64,000 nucleotides of DNA, from positions 12,524,001 to 12,588,000 of the forward strand of contig NC_135261.1 of assembly GCF_964204865.1 (NCBI RefSeq), given 5' to 3'. This document shows, one piece after another, positions 40,401 through 52,540 of this stretch. The notes under the pieces were generated by a model, which did not search any database, had not been told where the DNA came from, and worked only from the letters and a program-made list of their open reading frames with translations. This DNA is from Styela clava. Taxonomy: Eukaryota. The number at the start of each line of letters is the position of its first letter. Within the stretch, counting starts at the first letter, position 1. The translations under genes and the position numbers were made by a program.

Positions 40401-43228
40401 ATCTGAATCACGTCGGTATGTCATTGTCCAATTAAAATAGTTGTTGAAATCTTTCAGTTCGTGGTGATAATAATGTAGAACAGTCCACGGTGATTCATGA
40501 GCCCACCATGCAAAAACTTGATGAGATGATCTGAATTGTAATGATGATTTAACAAATGAGAACTCCCAGATTTGTGAATATGAAATGGGTGCGGAATAAG
40601 TACATAAATTTAGAGTAAAATACCTTTTGCTGGGATCTGGTAAGTCCTTGGCGACGCACGACTTCATATAAAACAACACAGCGTCACTACTCTCGTATTC
40701 ATTGCGGTCAAGCGTGACATCGCAACCTCCTTTTTGTTCAGGTAAATCGGTCAAGCGCCACTCGATCTTATGATACGGTTTTGCCCATATAAGAATTTTG
40801 GGCCTCTGTTTCAATAACGCTCTGTCGTGTAAAAAATTTGTGGTCCCGTTTTGAGCCGAAGGCGACATCCACGTCCCAATGGATTGTGTATATCCAATCG
40901 ATGCTTAAAACAGAACAGATAAATAGAAGAAAACAATAGCACAATCGGATCTTAAACACAACACTTCAATTCTTGATTATTATAAAGGTTGCTATGATAT
41001 ATTGCATCTGGCCAGAAGTTTTACTAGTACTTGACGAGACTAACGTTTTCGAAACTCAGGTCCCATATTGCATGGTTTAAAAGTCTTGCATTACACTTTG
41101 TGAAAAACTTCATTCCGTATTGTTTCGTTAGGCCGCAGTCAGAATTCCTCAGACAAGCAGTTTACAACAGCGTTTCCCAAACTTTTTCGGCCACGAAACA
41201 CTAAGACTTTTTATATCGCCTCACGGAACACCAAAAAATGAAAGCTAAAATTGATAAAGAAAAACGGTGTAATGTAGCGGTTCCCAATGGGTTCGCCGTG
41301 ACGAGTTGCGCTGCGAAAACTAACAGAATTGTGTTAAACCGTAAATATATACTACTACGGTTAAACATACCTGGAATATGATTGAATATTTTACATATTG
41401 CATTTATTATAAATTTTTTATTGTTTCCTAATTTAAATGCTGTGTATATGAATCAATAAATTCACCAATTCACAATTTTTTACCTGTCTATGTCGTTTAC
41501 TTTCCATCACGTAGTGTTTGCCTCCAATGTTACCTCTAATGGAGATAAAAGTACTTGCTGCAATTTCGCGAGCTGCAGTTTATTTATCTGCTGAATTGAA
41601 TTTAGCGAACATGAGTAATTTTTCAGCATTTCATAGTAAAACCAGGCAGAAACGGAGGAAGAAGAGTTGACCCTCTGCCTTTATTCTTTAGACCTACTTG
41701 TTTGCTTATAACAAAACCAAAAGGATTGCTGTAAACTTGGGGTTACCATATTTTTGTGACTTCAAAGCGGGACGCCTCCAAAGGTCATAGCTGTGTTTTT
41801 TTCAACTTCAAATTTATCGATTTTACATTAGGCACACATTTAAAACCATCCCGGCTGTCTTCATTGACTATATTGTCATCGAGAGTGCATGCGGTGTCTG
41901 TCTAAAAATCGGTTTCAATTCAATAAATAGAAAGGACTTTACGTTAAGCACCCTTTTGGCGTCTGGGGCTCACACGTAACAAATTGTAGCAATTAACCGC
42001 TAATAATGTTAGCGAAAAACAACGAAACAAACAAAACCACGCTTCCACCTTCAGTGGGTATGCCACCACCGGTACGCCACACAGCAACAACAGTATCGAG
42101 AACATGCTAATTGGTAATGTTCATGTATCATGCTGACTGGGTGAACGCCAAAGCGGGACTTTTGGCTGACCGGTCGGGACGCCGGGACAAAACGTTAAAA
42201 AGTGGGACTGTCCCGCCTAAAACGGGACGTATGGTAAGTCTATGTAAACTTAACAGTCAATAAGCTACACCGACGGTCACGAAAATGCCATTACTCTACC
42301 TCAGTTAGTCCGCTTTAGGCCGACGATAACGCGATATTGAACGGTCAGTTTGGCGACAACTTCACCATCCCTAGATCGCAATGGCGATATTTTTGATTCC
42401 TTCTCCACGGAACACTCGAAAGACGCTCGCGGAACACAGTTTGGGAAACGCTGGTTTACAACATTGATAGAAAAGGAAATTCAATTTTACAGTGTCTCAT
42501 CATTGTCTTACTTTGATCAGATGAAACGTTACAGAATAAATTTTCAAAGTGTAATGCAATACTTTTAAACCTCTCAATATTTGGCTCGAGTTTTGAAAAC
42601 GTTAACCTTTTTGCTGAGGAACTAATACCAGTATTAAAGATCCTTACTACTTAGCTTGGTCCCCTATATACCATGTTCATTTTATACAGTTCATTAAATA
42701 TGATTGAAAGCATATTTTAAGAAGAAACGATAGATTTATTTAGTAGAGAAAGAAGCCGAGATACATTCGCCTCACCAAGGTAAAACCATTATACTGAAGT
42801 AGTCACAGCGACGACGATAAAACTCTAATGCAATTTACAGTGTTTATTTACAATGTTCGCTGAGAAAAGGTGATAATTCAATTCAGTAAAATCGAACTCC
42901 GTTAACAAGGCCTAATATAACAAATAAATCAACGAAAATGTATAAACTATATAATAAAAGTAAAAATAACATCTTTTTCAACGAAATAGAAAGATTATTT
43001 GTGGCAAGTACCACATGCGGATCCGAAGTAGAAAATGTACAAGGAGAAAGAACCTGCGGTTCAATACCCAATATCCAAGTTTTCTCCCAGTATATAATAA
43101 AACTTACCATTTGTGCCAATATTTTTGTAACTACGGCTGTTATCAAATCTATATAGAAGTTGGTAGAAAATTATAAATCCGACGCAGAAGAGAGCACACA
43201 CATATAAAATATTTTTTTGATTCATCAT
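36834..43228 (-). CDS. Alpha-1,3/4-fucosyltransferase (GT10 family), copy A, intact; exons 43108-43228, 40624-40903, 40342-40530, 39193-39377, 36834-37429 (1371 nt, 456 aa)
   Basis: All four introns are GT-AG with matching phases (1,2,2,1) and the spliced frame is open. N-terminal signal-anchor MMNQKNILYVCALFCVGFIIFYQLLYR. GT10 motifs PKILIW, HESP, FNWTMTYRRDSD, AWVVSDC, FGKC, FYLSFENSLHCRDYITEK, and C-terminal LC..L..KVIADLNQWW. Confidence 0.92.
37488..38048. mobile_element. Mutator/Foldback-like MITE in FucT-A intron 4
   Basis: Same termini family as 34104-34306, with about 15-bp acatttgcaccc repeats in opposite orientation at the two ends. TSD only partly conserved. Confidence 0.75.
39193..39377 (-). 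CDS. FucT copy A coding exon 4
   Basis: TTTTAATAG acceptor, phase 2. Encodes KKSKLIAWVVSDC...R. Donor G|GTAAGT. Confidence 0.9.
40342..40530 (-). CDS. FucT copy A coding exon 3
   Basis: TTCAG acceptor. Encodes QVFAWWAHESP...FNWTMTYRRDSDV. Donor AG|GTACTG. Confidence 0.92.
40624..40903 (-). CDS. FucT copy A coding exon 2
   Basis: Polypyrimidine tract + TTTTAAG acceptor. Encodes ...RPKILIWAKPY...CDVTLDRNEYESSDAVLF...LPDPSKR. Donor AG|GTATTT. Confidence 0.85.
41168..42453. mobile_element. hAT MITE in FucT-A intron 1
   Basis: Perfect TIR CAGCGTTTCCCAAACT, TSD gtttacaa. Empty site in copy B at about 1953-1961. Confidence 0.93.
41738..42242. mobile_element. hAT Blackjack-like MITE nested in 41168-42453
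   Basis: Reverse-oriented relative of 30195-30821, TSD tgtaaact. Confidence 0.88.
42960..43090 (+). mobile_element. Short Penelope-like insertion (3-prime end plus inverted fragment) in FucT-A intron 1
   Basis: Matches 5519-5605 and carries an inverted piece of 5441-5490. 12-bp TSD tatataataaaa (42948-42959, 43091-43102). Absent from copy B. Confidence 0.8.
43108..43228 (-). CDS. FucT copy A coding exon 1 (cytoplasmic tail + TM)
   Basis: ATG at 43228, hydrophobic ILYVCALFCVGFIIFY, donor G|GTAAGT. Conserved in copy B. An acceptor-like TTTCAG ends at 43236, 7 nt before the ATG. Confidence 0.85.
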
Positions 43229-43568
43229 TATTTGCCTGAAATCAATTTATCTATTTTCTAAAAAAATGTCAAAATAAAACATTAACTGTTCCTACACAGC
43301 TAACTGGTTGATAATTCCGTACCATAAACCCAATACGATTGCCCTCCGCAACGCCAAACACGATTCTGTTAAATAAACATTTCAATGAAAGGGACCTAAA
43401 TCGCGCGATTGACAAAAAGTCAACAAAAATTGATCGAGTTTATTTTTTTTACAATTCTAATCATAATTTTGCAATTTTATCCATATGACTTAGTTGTAAC
43501 TGATTCTTAGTTTAAAATTATTGGTAATAATAGGCGCCTCTATATCTGAAATTCTGTCTGTCATAAAC

Positions 43569-45586
43569 ATGTTTAATGCAACTTTTAACAACCTTCAAGT
43601 CAACAAACGATGCTACCATTTGCTGTTATCAGGTCTGCAGTCTGAAACCGCTCAATTATATATATTTACATAATGCTGAATTAAATCGGGAACTTGATCA
43701 TTTTCAGGAGATTATATATATAACAGATATAACTGGTTATGAATACTTTATGATATACAAAACTGAGAGTATCTTATACAAAAATGCAAATTAAGCAAAC
43801 ATAAAACAGATATATATACCCTAACTAGAAATCAATCCCTGATAAAACGTCAAACACTAAGTCGTGACTATGTCCAGCAAAGGCGACTGAATGACAACAC
43901 CGAATAGATAGATAGCCTCGAAGCGCAGTCAAGTGGCTTTTGAGAACGTGTGGTTCAGCTTCATTTAGTTCATAACAGCAATGAATAAAGATAACCTTAG
44001 ATGTGAACAGCACTGATAAAAGTCGGAACAGACGAAGATACATTTATGAAAATGAAGGTAATTAAGGATACGGTTCACATATCCATTTATTCTGCCCAAA
44101 GATTTTGGGTAACAAGGTGATATTATATAGTTGATTATAGATGTTACATAAATCACTCGCCAACGTATTTTTATGTTTATGCACATTTGAAGTATTCTGT
44201 TGAAGCTGCTCATATTAAATAGAATATTTATATACACAAAACTATATATCTTTCTATCAGCTTTCAGTCTTTCACACTTCATATTGTTTTCAGCAAAAAT
44301 GAGAAAATTTGCTAGTTTGTTTTTTGTTGAATATTTACCTAATATTATTAGGCCAGATTTGTTCAACAGCTTTTCGTGTTGATCCGTTTTCTTTAAGAAG
44401 CGATTAACCTGGTAAATATTAATTAGGTACGACCAATTGATGTAGATAACATTAATCTTTTGTTGTAAAAATTGGACTCTGCTGATAGAAAATGCTTTTC
44501 TTTTATTTGAGTTATAATGGAGTGAAAACCCAAACCTAGCTCACTAATTTTCTTTAATTCTAAATTATCTACTTTCTATTGAACCTTATGTGAGCTGCTT
44601 TAGGATCTGGTATGCCTAAAGAAGGTGAATCGATTTTGTGCACTTTATTGAGGTATTTAATAATTATATCTCAATACCTCAATAAAGTGCACAAAATTGA
44701 TTCACTCTTTTAGGCATACCAGATCCTAAAGAAGCTCACATAAGGTTCAATATAAAGTAGACCAGTTAGACTTGAGGAAAATGAGACTCTACTGTGCTAA
44801 TCAGCCTATTGTTATTTTTAAATTGCTTCCCGGGAACTACCGTGGTATTTTCTGCATCTTTTCTCGAGTTTGGTTTTGTAATGTTGCTTTAAATTGGATT
44901 CTTTCGTGACAGATATTACTTGAAAGCACGCCAGAGTAACGTTGTTGTGGGCGAGAAAATTGTCAGCTAGCTCTGTGTTTTGTTATTGCTGTCACATGGC
45001 CCACGCATGAAAACAGAAGAGTGTTTTTACTAAAATGCACACAACGTCTCTCTAAATAGGGGGTTTCCTGATGCGAGCTTTAGGTGCAAAGTTGAGATAA
45101 AAAGCGCGACTCATCTTATCGGCTGGGTCATGTCTGCATAAGGCAGTTCATTCTCCTTGTACCTATCAATGGACGTCATTCCTATATCGTCGCCGTCTTG
45201 ACGTTTATAAACACAACATTGAAATTATTATGGCCGTAATTTTAACAAACACCATTCCCGGCAACGGGATACATAAGGTATATATATCTGTTTTATGTTT
45301 GCTTAATTTGCATTTTTGTACAGAATACTTTCAGTATTGTCTATCATAAAATATTTGTAACCAGTTATACCTGTTTTATATATATAATCTTCGGAATATG
45401 ATCAAGTTCCCGAATTAATTCAGTATTATTTATTTATATATAATTCAGCGATTTCGACCTGTTAACAGCAAATGGTAGCATCGTTTGTTGACTTGAAGGA
45501 TGTTAGAAGTTTCATTAAACATTATATACGATAAAAATGTTCTGCGGGCCGAATTCGGCTGGCGTGCCAGGGTTTGGACCACCCTG
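43569..45586. repeat. Nested inverted-repeat structure containing hAT remnants
   Basis: About 250-bp inverted arms 43569-43820 / 45277-45522. Central about 90-bp-arm palindrome 44569-44760. Minus-strand ACFQVISVTKESNLKQHYKTK (hAT Charlie zinc-finger-like) at about 44820-44930. hAT-type end GTTTGGACCACCCTG at 45586. Confidence 0.8.
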
Positions 45587-45699
45587 ATCTAAATGAGAAA
45601 ATAACTAGGGTGGTAGTTGAGAACGTAGAACAAATCCATCATAAAAACAAAAGTTTCAGTGGTTCTCACCTTTTTTCAGTTTTCAAAAATCATCTAGAC

Positions 45700-47657
45700 C
45701 AGTGGTTCTCAAACTTTTTTAGTCCCATAGCCGCATTTCAAATCTCAAAGGTATGAAGAGCTGCACACAAACAACGCAAGGTAAAATAGCAACAAACCTT
45801 AAGCGCGTAGTTAAAATATCAAGTCATCGTAACAACAACACGTAACAACTAGAGCTGGGCCAAATATTCGAATAATAAAATATTCGAATGGCATTTTGCT
45901 ATTTGAATATCTGGTATTACGTGACCTGCGCCGCTCTGCTTGGACACCGAACTCGAGCGTCTCCAACTAAATCGTGAATTGTGCGAGATTTCCCAATGGC
46001 GCTCGCTATGAGAAAAATTTGAAAAGTTGTCTTTGCGTTATGGTGTTATATGCTTATTTTTGCACTTATGGTATCCTTTCAATTCATCGTTTTGCAAAAA
46101 AAAAACGTACCGACCGTTCCGTAAATTTAGAAACGTCAAACCAGATTAGATATTTAAAATAAATTTCCCAGATTTAAACTCGGCATGCTTGGTGACATGT
46201 CATTAGCCATTTCTTGCATTACCGAACATAAAGTTGCTTAAAATTAAATGTTAAAATGACATTTCGGCGTTTCATTGTGAAAAAGGCGATTTTAGGTCGT
46301 TAAAACACTCTAGTTATGTAAATAGCATGGATTTAAAAAATGACCAAAAGTTTTTCCAAAAGCTGGTATGAGTTACTTGTATGGGAAAAATTCATTAAGT
46401 TGTAACCAGATAAGAAATGTCATGCCCTACTCCCTTTAAAGCACTTTGTATTAGCTCTTTAGTGATCCCTTCCATCTTTTGCCAAGTAATTTTTCGAATA
46501 TGTAAACATTTTACTCGACCATGCATGGCCGTCGAGCCAAGTTGAGCCCAGAGTAGAACGTAAAGTCAATCGTGAATTTCGTTGTAACAATGCACACTGA
46601 CTCGTTCACAAATTGTTGCGTCTATTATCATCGAAAATGATTACAATTGTTAAATTTTGAAGCATTTGGGCAGTAATAATTAAGCCATAAGGCATGATAT
46701 AATCAAAATCATCAAGTAAAGTGCTGAATTTGCAAATTCCGTAAAGAAAATTGAGCATTACTGAGTGAGTATTTTAGCTATAATAACCATCGGGGTGTTG
46801 TTTTGTTAAAAAAAAAACGTTAAAACTTGAAGTAATCAGGTACAATTAGAGTCTGACACTCTATTAGGCACAAAGGCCTAAAAACGCCTTTATCGACAAT
46901 TTATTTAATCGCTATTTTAAATCAACTTTCAGGATTCACGCATTCGTAAATTTGCTAGGTTTATCTATCTAATACTAAAATAACACCATAGAAAAGCATG
47001 AGGAACTCAATTATCATTATAATAAATATCTGCATCTCGGTTACCGTTCACTTAAAACAGGCGCGGTTAATTTACAAGAGGTGATAAGGAAGATCAAATC
47101 CAAGGCAGAGGATAAAACTCAGAATAGAATTAATTTGGTTTTGAAATCAGTCCTTAAATGTATTCAACAGTTGTCGCTGATGAGAACGCAAGGGTATACT
47201 AGAAATATGGAATTTCGATATTCGGCGACCGCTTATTCTTGCAAAAACGAGAAAGGGCGGAAATATAGAATACCAACTTTAGGATATCGCCGCCAAAACG
47301 ATCGCGGTGACAAAGACGATCAGCCATTATGATAAAATTAACCATTAAAAAACGCTTTATTGCCGGCTTTTCAATGTTTCTATTAATTTCCAAATGGACT
47401 ATCGGCCTCCGACGTTTTGGGTCCCTGTTATGTATAAAAAAAAATATTCAAATTATTCGATTCAAATAAACACGGGGGAATCCATTTGACTAACTAATAG
47501 ACTTTAGCATTTTAATTTCGAGTCAATGATTAGTTTTCAATGAAAAATTTTCTTTAAAAATAATTAATTTTTAAAACATTAACGGGAGCCGCAGGGATCT
47601 GATCTAGACTATAAACTACTGTAGGCGACGATGGTACAAAAAGTTTGGGAACCACTG
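45700..47657. mobile_element. hAT non-autonomous element, probably with a nested element starting near 45850
   Basis: TIR CAGTGGTTCTCAAACTTT/AAAGTTTGGGAACCACTG, imperfect TSD atctagac/agctagat. Confidence 0.7.
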
Positions 47658-47859
47658 AGCTAGATGACGTAGCCTTCTCTTTTTTAGGACTGAACTACAT
47701 GGATAATAATATTACCTGTTACGCTCATAATACTAGTCTTTGATCACCCCATTGAAATCGAATCCACATAACTTAACATTGCTAAACTATATATACAAAA
47801 GCACATCCTGCTCTGGTTGTGACAGTGGGCGTTAGAAATATACAATGATTCTTAGCGCG

Positions 47860-49020
47860 GCTTTTGTCAAAATTTACCTATTCCATATCACTGACAGAAC
47901 TTCTTTGAGATTTGGTGAAAATGTTTTTGCTGCTGAGACATGCCTGTGCGGTATGTAACGAGTAACAATTACACTAGGAGATGCATTTTTGACAAAAGTG
48001 ACAAACCAGTGTTTGTTTCAGAACAAAGGCGGAGTTCCGGATGTGCGAACCGAGTGGGATTTTCCCTGCACTTTCCCTGCAATTCACTTAACATTCTAAA
48101 CCTATCTGCTGACCTTTGCAGTTTCCTTTCATTCAGTGCTTTCATTAGTGCTTTCATAAAGCTACATGTTAAATTCAAAAGGGAAAGATTCATTGATGAT
48201 TTTTTTGTTTTTTTGTGTATATCTCGGAAATCTCATCGATTCGCGATTTTCAATTGCGTTATTTGATATACTTTGGTTTGGTATACTTTCAAGTTTTTTT
48301 ATTGTGTTTGGCCAAAAATTTGTTCAGTTATTTCTAGTACAAACCAAATTAGTGTTTCACTGATACAGTGCGAGTTGTCCTCGACAATTCGATAAACGAC
48401 TGTCTAAATCATTACACCTATAGTTAAGTTGTTTTAGCGATTTATAGCTTGTAACTAGGTATATCTCTTCAAAAGCACAATTTTGTTTCAAAATATATAA
48501 ATAAGCAAACGCAATAAAATACTGGCAACTAATTTTTGTCTTGTCTATCACAGTTTTACGGTACCGTTTTCGGATACCACAACTGGACTGAAACTCTTCC
48601 TATGAATAAAATGCAGCTGAGGTATTTAATTAATAGCTACATCCAAAACACTAAATTTAAAACTGCCATATGGCAGGCAGGATAATGAAAACGAGACAAT
48701 GTTTACATCTAAGTTTGAAAGTCTGTCGAGTGGAAAAAGTATGCGAGAAAAGTATGCTGTAGAAAAAGTTAATTGATGCGTCACCATTGTGCTGTTGCTG
48801 ATTATCTGTTGTTAAAGAGAGAAACGAGGAGATCGTTGTCCTGGAAAAGATACATTGTTAAAGTAACGAAAAATTTTGCTGGCATAAAAGCGATATATAC
48901 TCAAATCAGAATGTGTGTGGAACAAACACTTTGTACAATTTCTAGTGCTCTCACACTAGTGCCCCGCAACCTTCTCCCGGAATCCTCGGAGATCCGTGGA
49001 CCCCCCGCTGGAAATCACCG
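47860..49020 (-). mobile_element. Decayed hAT (Buster/ZBED5-like) transposase remnant
   Basis: Minus strand FVKNASPSVIVTRYIPHRHVSAAKTFSPNLKEVLS resembles HCxxHRxALAxKTLPxxLKxVL. hAT-like terminus near 49020. Confidence 0.6.
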
Positions 49021-49239
49021 AGTTATATTAAATAAGATGATTAAGTTTAATAATTTTAATTAGCGAGATAATTTTAATAGCTGATTTTTGAGAAAGACCA
49101 CTAGAGTGGCTTTTACTAGGTTTCGCATCTATTTCTGATTCTGAACCTATAGGTGCAACCCACCACCTCCGCTTTAATCTGACATTTTGCAGTAGTGTTC
49201 ATATTAAACAAATGTCGAAATATTAACGGTCCGTTAGAT

Positions 49240-49990
49240 ATCAGCGAAACAGAAAAACTGATACTGATAATAATTCTTTTGCGCCCGTGAGCGCAGTGTC
49301 GTCCAAACACACACGATTTACAATTTTACACCATTCAACTACTCGAATGCTCGTATTACCGTTGATATTATCTAAGCATTTCAAGTATGAATATATTTCA
49401 TGGGCACATGCGATTATAACGGAATAAATCAATTCTATTGAATTTCGATTGTTTATTTCATTTATTCGTATTTTTATTAATCTTTCTTCATACAAAGTTA
49501 TTCATTATTTAATATATTTACGATTTCTTCTATTTTCTAGCAAATTAGTTTCATAAAATTCAAAATTTCAACAAGAACTTTTCTTATTACGGAAAGAAAT
49601 CTTTGTCCAATCTTACTAAACTTCCATATCGGCTATGCTTAAATTCTTCATTATGATGACCAATAGGAAGCACCAAATAGGCTCGTTTTTTTAGTTGCGG
49701 GTATCATATTTCAGATAACTATTATGCCATTACATATGCAACTTTCTGAAGCTCAGATTACTAGTTCCTGTCCATTGTAATTTTCTCTATAGAGCAATTG
49801 CGCTACCTTCGTTTGCATACAGTTATGTGATTTCTTTGAAAATCATCATTTGAATAATAATAGTAATAAGTAATGGCTATATGATAGCCGACTTAGGTTT
49901 ATCGATCTAAAAATAGCACCTTCGCACAGTGACTCCTCGTCATGATTCAGTTTTGAATGTATCTTGGTGACACTATTCAGAGGTCATTTT
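49240..49990 (-). pseudogene. Possible decayed TIR (perhaps tandem TIR) remnant
   Basis: AIFRSINLSR...KKSHNCMQTKV...ELVI, IWKFSKIGQRFLSVIRKVL, then YSVIIACAHE...RVCLDDTALTG. Confidence 0.3.
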
Positions 49991-51739
49991 GCGATAATAA
50001 ACCCTTGCTAACTTGGCGATTTCTGACCATAACTGTTTCTAAACGTATCAATTGTAATGCTTGGTGGTTCACCACTTGAAATAGTTTGTTCCAACAATCG
50101 ATAATAACTTTTCCCATTCAATAAAACACTTCAACGGAAAGAGCAGCGTGAAAAAGCAAAGACGTGGGCGGGCTTTCCTCATATTTTGTAAGCGAAACAA
50201 GGCTGAAGTTCAAACAACAAACGTGATACTCAAAATTCATTGAAATATGTAAACTAGGCGCAAAACTTGGAATACGCTAATACCTCATCATCTTTGGCAA
50301 CGTAAGTTATATGATATAACATAAACCAATATTCAGACAGGCGATTGATTCTTCGTTGTGGTCTTCAGGTTAATTATTTTCATTCCTTTTTGGGTATTTG
50401 TAACATCAAAATTTATGGGGATTGTAGGGATGCCTGAAACTTGACGCCACTATTCTTTGATTAAAATACTTCCTGGAAACTAGAATTTCAAATATGATCT
50501 AAAATCCAAACAGGGAAATTCATTCAGTAACAACAGAACTTAATATTATCAACAAGAAATATTTCAGATGATGTCACTTTGATGATGCCATTTTCGAAAT
50601 TTGCAAACAGTTAGAATATCACTAGTAAATATTATAATACCATGGCTTAAAATGTGCGTCAAATCGAAATTTGAACTCACTGTTTGTGTAAGCCAAACTA
50701 TATTCGCGTCGTCATTCAAAATTGATATGAATATATTGCAGTTCGAATTAGACGAGTTCAGATTTTATTTTGATACTTTCTGCAATTGCATCTAAAATTC
50801 TGATTACGTCGGTCATTACAATTTTAATGCAGTAACTTCGGCAGACGATTTGATTTTTTCTACTTCTCGAGTCATAGGAAATCCGATAAAATGATTTATT
50901 CACATCACGCCATTGCGAATAGCTAACACAACAATCGTTTTAGATACATGGATTTAGTCTATTCTTAAAACTTTCTATGCGTACAATATCTTCGATACAT
51001 TAAAATAGACCAAAAATTAACAAACAATGTAGCATTAACGAGACTTTCTCACGTACTCGGTGTGTTTTTTGGGGTTGTTCGTGTTTCTGATTTCATTGAT
51101 TGACTAAAATTTATTAGTTAATTTTCAACCTAACAGTAAACTCCACATTTAAGATAAGCTACCATTCCTGTTGCTCGATAGTATAGGGAAACTAGTTTAT
51201 AAACAAGACAGAAAACAAAATAGTAGTTTCACATTCCTTTACATTCTAATTTAACACTATCAACTTTCGCACGTCTGTCTTACTGAATACGCAATACCGA
51301 ATTGTACATGATTATGAGTAAACCTAGTTCAGGAAAGGCTGATCAATATGTATAAAATATCTCGTGATGCCACTTTACTGTCATAAATGCGTATATAACT
51401 GCGAGTGCAAGTAATATATATAACAATATGTTTATTCGAGAATTTGCATCAAATGCAAAGATGTCCAAACTAAATTTATACCGATACCAATATATCACAA
51501 TGTATTCCCGAAATTATCGTAATTTTTGGTCTCAAAGCTTTTATCCCATTGCAGTATATCTTAGTACTTCTTTGACTAGTTTTAACACGAGTTGATATGA
51601 TTTATCTTATAGATACCGCCTACGGCACCATGAGAAATAGCAACTCTCCATTCTTCTGGATAAAATCCTCTTGTGTACTGTTACGTGTACATATTATAAC
51701 TTTGAAGATTCTACATCTTACAGGCAAAAATTTTATATA

Positions 51740-52540
51740 CAGTGAAAACTCTACCTACGAAATTAATTCGTTCCGGGAGCTTCTTCGTATATAGAAAATT
51801 TCTTTAGTAGGGACGCATTTTACCTCTAAATGCCCTAATCCGTTCCAAGCCCCCACAAACCTCGGATATAATATATGACACGGCAAATTTTTGTTATAAA
51901 TCCAAACTGTTTATCGTCAGCGTAAGTGTCATTTAGTGCATCGACATCGTTAACCTAAACGCCACAATTAAACCTCTTACACAGTTATTAAAAGTTGTGC
52001 TACCATGGGTATTGATTTTTATTTTGCTCTATAAACTATACGTTAGTTCAGAAAGACGCAACTGTTATAACGCGATCATCATAATTAAATGAGTGGACCC
52101 GATACCAAAATTTCATATGGTTGAAACGGAGCAGCAAGATCGAAAATCGTGTTTTACTTTTCAATACGGCATTTCCTCATGTCGGCCTAATTATAAATTA
52201 ATACCACCAACTAAAACTGGACGATATTATCATCAACGGCGCTGAGTAAAAAAATAAAATCCGCATTCCAAATAATATTTTATACGCTGTAGATTGCAGG
52301 AAATTCGAAACTTTCACCGCACTTGTCTGACTTCAATTAGGATAAAACATAAAATAAAATAATCGTTAAATGTTTTTAATCAAAACATGGACGGCGGCGC
52401 TAGGATGTGTGCGCGACATCGAACACATTTAAATATTACATTCAAATTAGACATTTCGGCCTTTCGTATGTAGGAAAAACTTACGTTAGTCGAAGCAATA
52501 TTTCTACAAAAATAATTTTCGTAAGTTGGATATTCGTAGC
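51740..52540. mobile_element. Tigger/pogo-like MITE, second copy, opposite orientation, one TIR lost
   Basis: Reverse complement of 59000-59757. Starts TA|CAGTGAAAACTCTACC. Confidence 0.85.

Noticed and set aside
40768-40959. ORF MFKIRLCYCFLLFICSVLSI as the FucT transmembrane N-terminus
   Set aside because: Out of frame with the catalytic domain, no ATG, and a stop in copy B. The hydrophobicity comes from the polypyrimidine tract. A proper TM exon exists at 43108-43228.
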